Under the pieces are notes generated by a model, which was not told the origin of the DNA, searched no databases, and saw only the letters and a list, made by a program, of their open reading frames with translations. This document shows, one piece after another, positions 14,201 through 26,200 of a stretch of DNA of 64,000 bases. A program made the translations under genes and the position numbers. This DNA is from Torpedo marmorata. Taxonomy: Eukaryota. The stretch covers positions 28,520,001 through 28,584,000 of the forward strand of contig OZ360242.1 in assembly GCA_977017645.1 (NCBI GenBank). Direction: 5' to 3'. Numbering within the stretch: the first letter of the stretch is position 1; the number at the start of each line of letters is the position of its first letter.

Positions 14201-17200
14201 ATCATTTAAGATTTCTACTCAAGGCCACGATTTGATCACACAATTCCTGTGGGAAGGCACAGGAACAAGTCAATAATTTCAGAGAATAAAATGTTGACTG
14301 GCTTCAATACTTACCTATTTGCAGCTGCACAGAACGCTGTTTCTGTTTGGTGTAGAAGAAAGAGTATTAATAAACATATTGAAATAAATGTTAATTATAT
14401 GTTATGAAAATTGAAAAAAACTTACCATTATATGTGTTGTTGCCACACTAAAAGGGGAAAAAAGCATAAAGTTTAATAATTTTAATTGTCTTGTTCCAAA
14501 CTATATATTAAATAGATATTAGGAAATATATAGACTGTAAGGGATTTTGTATATAAAGTAAAACCCCTGTTATCCAGAATTCAAGCAACTGGCAACCTCA
14601 AGCAATCAGCAAAAATTTAAAAAAATAAAATAAAATAAATAAATAAAAATTAAAATAAATAAGAATAAATAAAGATTTAAATAAAAGTTTAAAATTGTAA
14701 AAGTAAATGTTCTCTGAAGTAACACATAAACCTTTGGTGAAGATAGGAGCAAATATTCAGCCAGCGGAGTGCCTTGGTTGTGCTTTGCTCATAGCAGCTG
14801 TTTGAATAAAGTTGTGTGAAACAGCAATGGCGTCACCCAGGATGAAGAGCTGGTTGATGCCGCTCGCCATTGGGGTGACTCTCTTAAAGTGTCTCCTTAT
14901 CTCTGCTTAGTAAGAGTCTTTATCTTTATTAGTATATTAGTAAGTATATTAGTAAGGCTTTATCTGTAAACTTGGGGGAGGGTGGGGTTAAATATCTATA
15001 ATGTTATTGTTCATCTTTCGGGTGGCTCTGTGGAGGGGGAGGAACCTGCAGATACAGCGACGGTTAAATGTTTTCAAAGAAAGTGACTGAAAATAAAATA
15101 AAATAATTTAAGGTTTATATATTCATGCAAGTGAAATTTGTTCAGTGTAAGTACAGTATCGTATTTTTGTCTTTGAAACTGTTTATTCTTAATGCAGGTA
15201 TTAGTTAGGCATTGTAAGAGTGAGTCTCAAGCAACCGGAAAACTCGCTTCTCCGGCATCTACCAATCCCCACGGGTGCTGGATACCAGGGATTTTACTGT
15301 ATCTGTAACAAATACACAGTCCAAATACACACTAACTTTGTTAATTTATACACAACACATAACACAGGCATAATACCACAATGAATAAGATATTACGATT
15401 ACAAAAATACCCTATACCAACTGATCCATAAAAGACGATTATTTTTGCAATTTCACAGATCACATTGAAAACATTCATACCAAGCAAATAATTACAATAA
15501 TTAAAACAACTGCAACTACTATTTTGTTCCCCCCCTCCCAACTAAAACAGGCAGAGAGAAAAGATATCCCACTTTACGGCATGTAAATGCAGATGACTTT
15601 GGACAGCGTGATATTCCATAAATGATTACCCATCTAATGTCACATGTGGACTTGACATAGCATTGTGAATTTCCCAGCTGGACAGCATGAAAGGAAATGG
15701 AGGGATATGTATCATGTGCAAGCAGAAGAGTTTAGTTTGATTTGGACATCATGTTCAGCATTGAAGGGCCTGATCCTGCGCTGTATGTCCTAAATGAGAA
15801 TAACACTCTTCCGATAAAGGTACATTTGCAGTGTGAAGCCTGGGAGCACAGGAGCTGACTCTTGCTCTTTGATTCTGACTTCTCATGCTGCCTGTCTGGA
15901 GTTTATACATTCATCCTTGGCTTTCCCTTAGGTACTTTTGTTTTCTCTCAAATCCCAAAGGCATCCTGGTTGGAGGGTAATTGGTTACTGTCCGTATTCC
16001 TGAGTGTAGGTGGTTGGTGGATAGGGGAGGGGTATAAATGGGCATGTGAGAGAGAATAGATTACATGGAAATAAGTGGGCAAATGGGGTTGTTCTGAGAG
16101 CAGAAAAGATTTGTTGGGAAAAATGGCCTCCAATGTCATGATGAAAACTACAAACTATTGAAATACATCTACAATCCATTCTCTTAATTTGTCAGGTTGG
16201 GTGTCAAGAGTACAATTTTGCTGTATAAGAAAGTTTCAAAGGGACATATGTGATGAATTTTTATAAAAGTGTCATGATAATGAAAGAAACACCATTTCCA
16301 TCTTACCATGAAATTAGGTTGGGGTCCTGAAAAGAAAATAAATATATTATTAATGGATATACTTTAGATGTTGATATGCTCGACAACAGCTTTGCTTTTG
16401 CTTTCATGTATTTCTGAACCAAACTATTATGTTGTGACACACATGATGCAACAGATTAAAGGGAATGTCTTGTAAGGTGCCGTAACATATATAGGAAGCC
16501 ATCTTTTCATATTCCTTTCCTCTAGTGGTTTAGGTTCAGAAATATTTTAACCTCAAATGTACACCTTAACCTCTAACATGGAGACACGAGAGACTAGATG
16601 CTGGAATATGGAGCAAAAAATAAACTGCTGGAGGAACTCAAGCATGGAGGCAAAAAGATGTTAGACTTTTCAGGTCATGACTGCATCAGGACCGAGTGTG
16701 TAAAGGGGAGATAGCCAGTGTAAAGGGGAGATAGCAGGGTGTAAAGAGGAGGAATGATGGCAAGCAATAGATGGATCCAGGTGAGGAGGGGTGGTGGGCA
16801 GATGGAACCAGATGGGGAGGCTAGGTTGTAGACTTTGACAGTGTCTGGGAGGTGCTAAGTGCAGACAACATAGGGCAGCAGATAATGGAATCTGATAAGA
16901 AAGAAAGGTGACGAGTGAAACCAGATGATGGATGATGGGCAGATGGGAATAGTTTGAGGGGATAGGGGACCCAGTGGGTTGTGTGTGTGGGTGATAAGTA
17001 GATGAATGGAGGGGAAGGGAGCTGGGAAACAGGAGGTTGGGGGAGGGGGTTTTGGAGGAAGGGTATGTGAGAGATGACCAGGGTGGATCAGGAGAGAGAA
17101 AGAAACAGAAGGGTTTCAAGTTACCTGAAATTTGAATATTCACACCATTAGGATGTAGAGTGCCCAGCTGGAACACAAAGTGCAGTTCCCAGTCTGCTGA

Positions 17201-20200
17201 ATTCCCCCAGCAGCTTGAGTTTACTCTTTGACACTCTGGTCATTGGCACATATACCTTCCAACATAGGTCTTGAAATTGGAGTTAGAGCACCCAAAACCT
17301 GCTCATCACAATATGCAACAAGTGTGACTTTCTTGAATGCTCTCTATCTTCTGCTTTGTGTTTTTGGTTTGCTTTTTTTATTGTGCAGTTAACACAGCAT
17401 TTGTGAGGAGAGGAAATTTCTTTCAAGGGCAAATATAACAAGGTTCCAATATTGTGTTAATATTTGTGATAAGTTTTCATGCAGAACAAATATTTGAAAT
17501 CCACTGTCATATACATTAAATGATGTATCTAGAATTTTTAATGATGTGAAAATAGAACCAAAACATGATGAAATGTTATCTTTGCTTACATATTGTTGTC
17601 TTATTTTACATAATGCCATTAACAGAATTGCTCAATGATGTTTTTCTATAATTAGGGCACATACCTGATGTAGGATCTGGAATTCCTCCAATCAACCCAA
17701 CCTTCTTGACTTCAGATTCAAAGTGAGAGTTTACCCATGCTAACACTACAGTTTCATTGGCTCCAGTTTGAAGAGCAGGAAGGTTAATTCCAAGCAAGCT
17801 TTTCAACTGATTGGCAGTAAGTTTCTAAAATCAGAAAAAGCATTTGAAAAATTAACTCTTTCATATTTTAGTTCAGAGAGAAACCCTTTACATACCTGCA
17901 CAATTTGTTACAATCCACAAGTTACAGAGTCATCATTATGGATCTGCATTTTATAATTTATGTATTTAATTTCATGAGTTTGAATTCTTTGTATGATAAG
18001 ATTGGATTCAAGTTCTTGGCTCCAGATCAATTGTCCAGATATTAATCTCATATCTAATCAATAATGCAATCATCTAAAGACGAAACTGAGACTCCATATC
18101 ACATATCAAACTATAACCATATTGCAATATCTACATACCACCACTTCTTCAGGATTCAGACTTGTAAATGTTGCAAAGTCCATGTTGATACTATTATTTG
18201 CAAATTCTCTCAGATCATTTACATTAGCACCACCTTAATTAAATGAGAAAAAGTTAGAGGTTTGCTATCTGTACATATTCATTTACACATATTTATAATC
18301 TTTATTAGAAATATTTATTCATTCATACAATTTGTCTTCAGCTGTTCATAACACCACAGATTTCCTCAATAGAATTATTGCAACATTAACTGATATAGAT
18401 GCTTGATTTAAAAAAGGTAGTCTAGAAATTGTTCATATTTTTACTCCCTCTAAAGCAGCATTGTTTAATACTTTAACAATGTTTTAAAAAAGTCCAAGAA
18501 ATATTGTTATCTTCCATTGTGAGATTCCCTGTATATACAGTACTGTTGATCTCCTTGACTATGGAGTTTGATTACCTCCTTCATTCAGGGATGAGCAGCA
18601 AATTCTACTCTGTCACCTCAAATAACTTCTCACCCCCAATTATCTCTGATCAATTCCCCTGCACCTACCATCAATTCTCTACACAATGAATATGCTCCCA
18701 ACCATGACCGACAGCCACTGCACTCTCCTCCTAAACCACAGTCTAAACACGTATGTCGTCTCTCCTAGTTCCAGTTTGCCATCACCCATTTCCAACATTG
18801 AGGTGGTAATATATTTAACAAGATGGCAATAGATTGCTGTCTTTGTGTGAGGTTCAATCGTGTATGACATCTTGGGCTTCATGCATAATAGTCTTTTGCT
18901 GCTGCTGCTCTTCAGTCAAGATTGGCACCACCTTAATGGTTAGAAACATTATAATATAAAGCCTATTGAATCTTAACACTCTTACAATGTTACAAACCCC
19001 TCACAGACAATGCCTTGGTTTTGGTGTGCAGCAGCTAATTTATGCAGAAAGAGCCTATGTATATTCATGCAATGAAATTGGTAGTGCTGGTCATGACACA
19101 AACGTTGGCTGGGGCCAGGGGAATCTTTCATGGGCTTTTTAAGGAAATTTTGAACAGAAGATCCATGCATTGGTTTACTTTTGCATCTTAAGGAGGAAGC
19201 TCCAACAGTACAGTCAATACAGTCAGCCCAAGTAATGCACTGAAGCAACAGCCTCACAGTGAGAGAAAACAATAATTCACCATCCCCTCCATCTTGCCCT
19301 AAAAGTCCAAGACTAAATTTGTCAATCACCCAAGATGGTTAGCTATTTATTTCCAAACTCAATGAAGGTCTTTTTCAAATATGGTCATCCGCAAGAGTCA
19401 AGAAACATACCAAGGAAAGGCTTTATCAGACTGAAGTAGGCAATGGTGTTATTTGGCTGTGATGCTAATTCATTCCGTGCGAGAGTGTAAAGCAGGCTCT
19501 TCTTTGACTGAGTGCACGAGGAGATATCCAGAGTCCCAGCTCTCCTGTGAATAATAGAGAAAATTGTAATTTTGAAAGACATATTCATTGGTATCATTTC
19601 GAACAATGCCTTTCTACTCTACACAGTTACATTTACACAATTAACCCATCTTAACTGTCAATTCTGGTATCTCCACAGCCTCCCCTACTCCCACCATGAA
19701 CCTGTAGATCAGCAGCCGGCTAAAGGCAGCCGCAGTAAAGTGGTGTCTGGAGTTCCTTTACATCTGGACACAATTATGATTAAATAGTATTTGACCTGAA
19801 GTATCCAGCACTGCATAAGATCATTTGATAGCGTTAAATTAATAGGAAGTGAAAAATATAGCACTTACATCAAGTCTGAAATGGTCATGAGTTGGCTCTC
19901 ATTCAGGATACACAAGTTTGATCCACCAATAGCTTTCAACGAAACTGCATTGAGAGTTCCACCACTCTGGAGATATTTTGTAATGATGGCTTTAACCTGA
20001 AAAATAATGCATAAATTATTGAACTAAATTTAGCAAATACATGTGACAAAATGCTCTTCTCTCCCCGAGGATCCTGCTTTCATTTTCACCCTGTTCTCCA
20101 CCCCTGTTCGTCTCCCTATTTAATATATATTTTAATCCACTGGTACTTTATTTAGAACGTCTACTTCAATACGACTCTTTCACGTTACTTCCACATAACG

Positions 20201-23200
20201 ATACAAGTTCCCGACAATTTTTAATACTATTTTCCTTCTCTGTATTTGAGCCATCCCATGCTACATCTGTGATTGCTAATCCTTGTCATGGTAAATTACA
20301 TCCCATCACTGGGAACCCCACTCGATCTAATGCCCAAGAGGAAATGAGAGTTTAAAAATAACTCATTGTGTCTCTCCCTTTCATAAGTTTGCACACAGCC
20401 TTGCCTATAACTTGCATTCTTCATAGAACAGCATATTCACAAGACTTGCACCAGAACAGTTCTGATAAAAGGTCTCAGTGCTGATATTGTAACCATGTAC
20501 CACCTCACACAGATAATGCCTGCCCTGCTAGATTTTCAGACTTTTCGAGCACTTTCTGTTTTATAATCAAATTTCCATCATCTGCAATTACTTTTGATTC
20601 TCAAACTTTCCATTAAGGCTTTGCAAGAGCTTTGTTTCTTGCATGACAATGTTACTACATTTTTACGGCAATGTCAAACACTCCAACAGGCCACTGAAAT
20701 AGATTTGGGCTTCTATGCATATTATTGGCACTCTGATTTACATGTTCGGGCAGTAATAATCTAAGAAAATAATTGCGTTAGGTTGTAGGTATTTAAAGCT
20801 CTTGAAAGGTCTCAAGGAATTGGATTCTAAATTCACGCAAGACAATGTCTACATATTCTTAATTTAAAACTATCCTGCTTTTGATACCGTTGTGTTTTCC
20901 AGTCCTTGTGCCATTAATGCAGAAAGTGTTTCAATTTCCGTGATATTCCAGCTGCTGACTTCTGTCACATTGAACACAGTGGATATGTTCCCGAGCAACT
21001 GAATCTGGTTTTCCGGTAAGCCATTGGGGTATATCTGCTTCAAGAACATCCAAGTTAGTAAAATTCATCATTCAATGAGGTTTTATCCTTATCAGTTCAT
21101 TACACTTGTATTCCAAAATAAACGTTGCAGACTGGTCTTCACAATGGTGGACTATGCCCTCTGATCAGTAATATTACTAGAGTGATACAGCATTCTATCA
21201 TGCTTTTCAATGGACCTGAAAAAGTTGTACTTCTTCAAATAAGATTATAACACCAAATGATTTGGGCTGGTTAACTCGGGCGCACATGAAGAGTTAGTGC
21301 TGAAAAACAAGATAAAATCCCTTGTTTGCCTATCAGACTGAAATATCAATGTGAAGTCCATGTAGTTTCTATAAAGTATGGTACACCATATTAAGATGAC
21401 CATGAAGCTTAAGAAGTCTGTAAATCTGTGCCACACAAGCGAGAGAAGACAGGAAAATGTCCTATACAACAGAGGTCAAAAACCTGAATTTATGTTGCAC
21501 TTTTCTGACAGAACTGTGCCCCAGTGAGATGAATATTAGATGGGTTCTCCTACAGTTTTAAAAAAAAACCCACCAGATTGTTGCTCAAGCCACATGAAAA
21601 TGCACCCATTCTTGCAATATGGATTGATTCCAAGCAATCCTCCCGACACATTACATTTTTGAGGAATATTTTTAATTGTTGCTTTCAATTCAAAATCATT
21701 CATCAGACAAATGATAATCCTGATGTTACAAAATAATTTCAAAATGGTAAAGTAAGGATATAACAGTACGCTGTGGGTTGTAGGAGGATCTATCACTCAC
21801 CAGATGGAGTTTGTTTTTCAGAACTTCAAGCTGATCAGTGTCAAAGTCAAGAGCTCCCAGTGTCTCCACATCGTCTTTTAACACGTTGTCACTCAAGCAA
21901 GCCTCCAACTGTGCTGGATCGTACCTCACCGGGGTCAGCTCATCAATGCTTCCTGCTGTTAATTGTCCAACAGTACAGTCTGCAAGGATAAGTTTCATGT
22001 GATTGATAAACTCCGTATTCTCAAAATATATAAAAAAGTGTTGTTTTATGTGATATTTGTGGACTATTTACATAGTTACTTACAGTACTCCTTAATATAA
22101 AGTTTTATTGAGTGTAAAATAATAGGACGATTCCATTGGTTAAAAAGTACAAAAGAATTACAAAGAGAGCAGGAAACAAATGCAAAAGGGATGACCCAAA
22201 AAATTGCGTAGATTTACAGAAAAAGAAAGAAAAAAATGTCAACAATTGAAATGATCACTGGGACTGTGATGTTCAAATATTCCTCAGCCAATTGTGCTAA
22301 TTTCAGTGAATTTGTTTTTTTTAGCAGAAACTCCTTTTAATTGTCCAGCTAGTAACTTACTAGATTTTTCTCCATGAATATAAAAAAGACTTCTACTTCT
22401 TAAAAATTGTTGTTCAATTCGATAGGTAGAGAGAAGATCAAATTTAGTTTTAAGTTCTACTCTTCTCTTATAAAAATCCAGATTTATCGCTCTCCGACAG
22501 TGTAGAGAATTTAAAGGTATAACTAGATGTGGAATTGAACATAAAGTATCTCTTTATGCAGATGATTTATTGTTTTTTATTTCAAACCCTGAGGTCTCTA
22601 TACCAAATATATTAATTTGTTTACTCAATTTAGCCAATTTTCGGGTTATAAATTCAATTTACATAAGAGTGAATTATTACCCTTAAGAGGACCTCTTGTT
22701 AGCTATTCCAATTTCCCATTTAAAATAGTGAATGATCAATTCCAATATTTAGGAATTACAATTACAAAAAGTTACAAAAATTTAGTGAAAGAGAATTTCT
22801 CGGTTCTACTCAATAAGATTAAACCACTATTATCGGGTTGGTCATCCTTATCTATTACAATGATGGGTCGTATCAATTAGATTAAAATGAATATTTTGCC
22901 TACATTTCTGTATCTTTTCCAAGCTTTACCAATTTTTACTCCTAAAGCCTTTTTTAGTTCATTAGATTCGGTCATTTCTTCTTACATATGGCAGGGAAAA
23001 CCACCACGTATAAATAAAGCCCATCTTCAAAAAAATTAAAAGGAACGGAGGGTTATCACTTCCAGATTTTAGATTTTATTATTGGGTGATTAATATTCAT
23101 AATTTGCTTTTATTATTTCATTTTGATATCACTAACAGCTAGTAGAGCCACTGTTCATCAATATTTTCTCAGTTATGTGGCCAGGAGAGAACATGGAGCC

Positions 23201-26200
23201 TTTGGCTAGTTACATTGGCTGATCTCCACAGAATAAGCGATAACCAATATTATTTATTTCAGGCACTTCAAATTTTACAAGATCATAAATTTATGATGGC
23301 AGTTTAGTATTTTTGAAATAGTTATTTACAAAAATGGGATGGAATATTAATGCACGTGTACTCCAGTTGTAGCTTATCAGTAAAATTTAAATCCCAAGTT
23401 TATACTCTTAGTGTTTAGAATTGTATTGCAAATTTGACTGACCACACGAAATGTCTCATCCAAGATGCTAACTCAAATGTACACATGCTGATATAGGCCC
23501 CAATGTCCATTTGACCCAGACTAACTTATTCAATCATAAAAAAAACAATTTCTCCATGATTTCTTCATTCTCTCTTCAGTAAAATTTCTAAGGATTTCCC
23601 CCCTCTAATGAAAGGCAATTCAAGTAGCTACGTAGTGGTTCTATTCACAAGCACAAATTACACCCAGATGGAACTTTAATTCTTTTTCTTCCCCAATTGA
23701 TGATATCTCTGTACAGACAGTTGTGCTTTATATAGTAAAACCCCCGATATCTGGCACCTATGGGGATTGGTAGATGCTGGATAAGTGAATTTGCCGGTTG
23801 CTTGAGATTGCGCGTTGCGTGATTGGTGAATTTAGCACTGGGGGCACCAATTTTAAATTTCGTATTTTTTAACCTATTTATTTTCTGTGATTTTTTTGCC
23901 AGTTGCTTGAGGCTGCCGGTTGCTTGAATTCTGGATAATGGGGATTTTACTGTATTGGTTATCTTGTATTTTCACTGATTACGTACCTACTGCGCGTGTG
24001 AATCTTCTATGTTTTCGAAGCTGCTTAATAAACTTTACAACATCACTTGGTGGTCTAGACTTTCTTATTTTCCTGATAAATGTTGGGAGGGCTGCATTAA
24101 AAACAAACTGCAGGATACAAAACAGAAGTATAGTTAGTAAATGATTAATTAAATGCTTTGCTGTTTAGCAAAAAGATATTTTGAAAAACTCATACAATCT
24201 TAAAGTCATAAAACTTATACAAACATAAACCCAATAAATATTTTTTAGTTACCTAATTCTCTTCTGAACTCTAAAATTGAAGCTTCTATTACCTCCCCTG
24301 GCAATGCATTTCATAGACCATAAGACAAAGGAGCTGAATTGCGCCATTCAGCCCATCAAGTCTGCCGGCTATTTGAATCATGGCTGATGTAATTTTACTC
24401 AACCCCATTCTCTTGCCTTCTCCCCATAACCTCTGACACCCTTACTAATCAAGAACGTATCAACCTCCGCTTTAAATATACCCAATGACTTGGCCTCCAC
24501 AGCCATCTGTGGTAACGAATTCCACAGATGGCAACAAACTCTATACAACCTAAACAACTTGCTGTGTGAAAAAATGCCCTTGTGTCACTTTTGGTTATTT
24601 TGTCAATCACTTTCAATCTATTTCTACTAGTTCTTTCGCTCTCTGCCAACACAAACAGCATTTCCTTATCCTCTTGGTTTATCCCGGTCTTAAATGTCAA
24701 TATCAGATCTCCTTGCAACCTCTTCTCTTCCAAGGATAACAACTCCAGCTTTTCCAGTCTATCTAAATGACTGAAGTTCCTTGCATCTGGAATCATTTTG
24801 GTAAAGTTCTGTGCACTTTCCAAAGCCATTATCCCTTTCCTACAGCAGGACACCCAGTATTGGATGCATTACCCTACTCATGGCTAAACCATATTTTAGA
24901 AAAGTTCATCTTGATTTCCTTGCTCTCATATTCCTGTTTATAAAGCCCAGGATCTCATATGCTAACAATCTGCTACTCTTCTTTCAGCAAGCTATGCGCA
25001 TACCTCCTCCACATCTCTGTTCTTGAACCCCTTTTAGGATTATGCCCTTTAGTTTACATTGCTGGTTCTCAAAGTTAAGAACATTATTGATTTAAATATT
25101 GGTAGAATATCAACATTCTAAAGCAGTTACTGCAAAACTGCATGACTTTTTAATAAATGTAGAAAGAAGACAGGTGTGCAGGTGATTTTGGATACAGGAT
25201 TTTAATAGTCCATATTTTATAAACCCTCAAGTCTATACTTACATTTAAATTACATAATCACTTACTGTTCTCAATCACCGTATAACGAACAATAGTTGTT
25301 CAATTAAGTTGAAAATAAATCTAATGGTGATTCTAGGATTTTACATAAAGGAACAAATTTGCTGCTAGATTATGAATTTTAAATTATGGATATTAAATAA
25401 AATTTTACTCAATTTGATTTATGATGTAGAAATATTTCAAATAATTTAAAATGGACACAAAATGCAAAATGGCTTTTCATGTGTATTCAATGCTTTGATT
25501 AAATAAAGTTGAAACATTTGCAATTATGCAGTTTTCAGTATTTTTACAATTGACAGTTAAATTTGGGGAAAAAAAATCCATAGAGAATTAATCAAGGTTT
25601 CACAATAACAAGGGTTAGTGGTCTCATACATTTAACTTCACATATGTTGGTACATAATTATTTAAACAGTACCTGATTCACTTGCTGCCAGGTTGAGGTT
25701 AAAGCCAAAGGAAGATTACCGAGATCATTCACTGTATTGGTCGACCATAAATCAGGTGAACTATGAGACAAGCACACAACTTGATTAGTAAAGGAATTGT
25801 TGCACACGGCAGTTTCCATTTCATGTTTTAGTAGATTTTTTCACAATAAAAGCTAGTTCCTGAAAATAACATTAGTTCCTTCAGATTGATTCAGTTGTTA
25901 AGTTTCTCTGGAGTTATAGGTGAAGCATAAAGGAAAGTGGAAAAAAAAATTAACCTGCAAGTATAAAAGCCATTGTGGTATGCAGTTGGAGAATGTGGCA
26001 GTGCATTTGTTGCTTTCAACTGCATCCAATAAACACGACTCTGTTTCATTCATCTTCATTAGTTGAATTAAATTGTCACTGATTGGGTTTGGAAACATGG
26101 ACTCCTTCATTGGAAAGAAGAGGTAGCTATGTCCATTTCATAATTTCTTTTAAAGGTAACGATGGAATACCAAAATTTGAAAGTTGAAATGTTGACTCTA

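Noticed and set aside
16327-17605. Search for an alternative GPI-signal terminal exon after the mesothelin domain
   Set aside because: No phase-1 acceptor followed by a hydrophobic C-terminal peptide was found by eye; absence is not proven without transcript data.
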